DNA of 63,773 nt, the filler included, from Octopus bimaculoides (Eukaryota), in the NCBI RefSeq assembly GCF_001194135.2. It is 12 parts of 12 records of this genome, joined end to end, with 100 filler letters (N's around TTAATTAATTAA, not from the genome) between each part and the next. Parts side by side here need not be neighbours in the genome. Positions count along the whole stretch, not along the records: positions 62,670 to 63,773 come from NW_026384271.1; 11 more parts are not named here. One strand, written 5' to 3'. Positions 62,705-63,773 of this stretch are shown here, piece after piece. The translations under genes were made by a program, and so were the position numbers. The stretch's first letter is position 1. Each line of letters opens with the position of its first letter. Below the pieces are notes generated by a model, which did no database searches, had not been told where the DNA came from, and saw only the letters and a list, made by a program, of their open reading frames with translations.

Positions 62705-63773
62705 GTCTGATTGGACAAACGAAAGAAAAGAGCACTCAACACATTAAGTAGGAAATACATGTATTATTTAAAAAAAGTTTGATCAACCACATGGTTCCGG
62801 GTTCAGTCCCACTACGTGGCACCTTGGGCAAGTGTATTCTGCTATGGCCTCGGGCTGACCAAAGTGGATTTGGTAGACGGAAACTAAAAGAAGCCCGTCG
62901 TATGTGTGTGTGTGTGTGTGTTTGTGTGTGTGTTTGTTCCTCATACCATCGCTTGACAACCGTTGTTCGTGTGTTTACGTTCCCGTAACCTAGCGGTTCG
63001 ACAAATGAATCCGATAGAATAAGTACTAGGCTTACAAAGAATAAGTCCTGGGGTCGATTTGTTCGACTAAAGGCTGTGCCCCAGCATGGCCGCAGTCAAA
63101 TGACTGAAAGAAATAAAAGAAAAATAACTGTTTTAAATAATATAAATGTAGATATATGGATATATAGATATATAGATATATAGATATATGCATGCGTACA
63201 TATATGTGTGAGTGAGTGTGTGTGCGCGTGTTCCATGCTTCATGAAAGCGGCTTTCCGGCAATTCTTTCTCCGCGAGGGCAAAAGAGAACTAAAGTACGA
63301 TATACACTCGTATACATCTATATTCTTGCACATGTCTGTGCCTGTTACGGCTTTAATGTGTTCTACATACTTACGCGTTTCTATTATTATGTCTGTCGCT
63401 ATTTTAGTTAGAACAGCGCACATTAGAGGGCGACGGGGAATACTTACATTCACACATATATACAAACAGACAGACAGCGAAGCAGACAGACAGAAGGACA
63501 GACAAACAGACGGACCGACAGACATTGACATAAATACATGTATGTATGTATGTATGTATGTATGTGTACATGTGTGGAAATTTCGATTACTCACATACTT
63601 AAAGAACAGTTGGTTTTCAGTAACAGATGCAAAGATTCTGGGTGGGTGCTGAGGTTTTCACACACTCGCCCTGTTGTAAAAATAACTTCGTGTAATACTG
63701 GGTCTAATAGTTTATACTTAGCTTACATTTATACGGCTAGTGTCTATGTTATATCTATATATGTAATATATAT

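Noticed and set aside
63133-63652. Overlapping ORFs of 146-153 aa near the window end
   Set aside because: They are partly microsatellite, open on both strands, and have no recognisable domain or coherent exon structure.

Overview
Eukaryotic, AT-rich, repeat-dominated genomic DNA with many N gaps; TTAATTAATTAA spacers inside the gaps are assembly artifacts. The very high microsatellite density and the SINE families look like an octopus (cephalopod) genome, probably a draft short-read assembly. This is inference from recall, not a database hit. There are no operons, CRISPR arrays, rRNA or intact tRNA genes, and most track ORFs are translations of microsatellites or Ns. Supported content: (1) four tRNA-derived SINE families with dozens of copies; (2) LINE relics (CR1-like, RTE, Tx1/L1, R4/Dong-type RLE), a Tc1 element, mariner/hAT/pogo-type MITEs and a Helitron helicase fragment; (3) one convincing host coding exon at 44216, encoding a signal peptide plus a peritrophin-A/CBM14 chitin-binding domain, and a likely downstream Gly-rich exon at 58887-58970. 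The most striking signal is a dense set of type-I hammerhead ribozyme folds of the Penelope-like-element kind: five well-formed motifs (one duplicated), an inverted pair with one lesion per copy, and several relics. Three have long (33-84 nt) inserts in loop II and two have a CCGANGA (U4C) core. R4/Dong-like LINEs also appear tied to two different microsatellites, (TAA)n and (ACAT)n. All folds and translations were done by eye, and none is experimentally confirmed.
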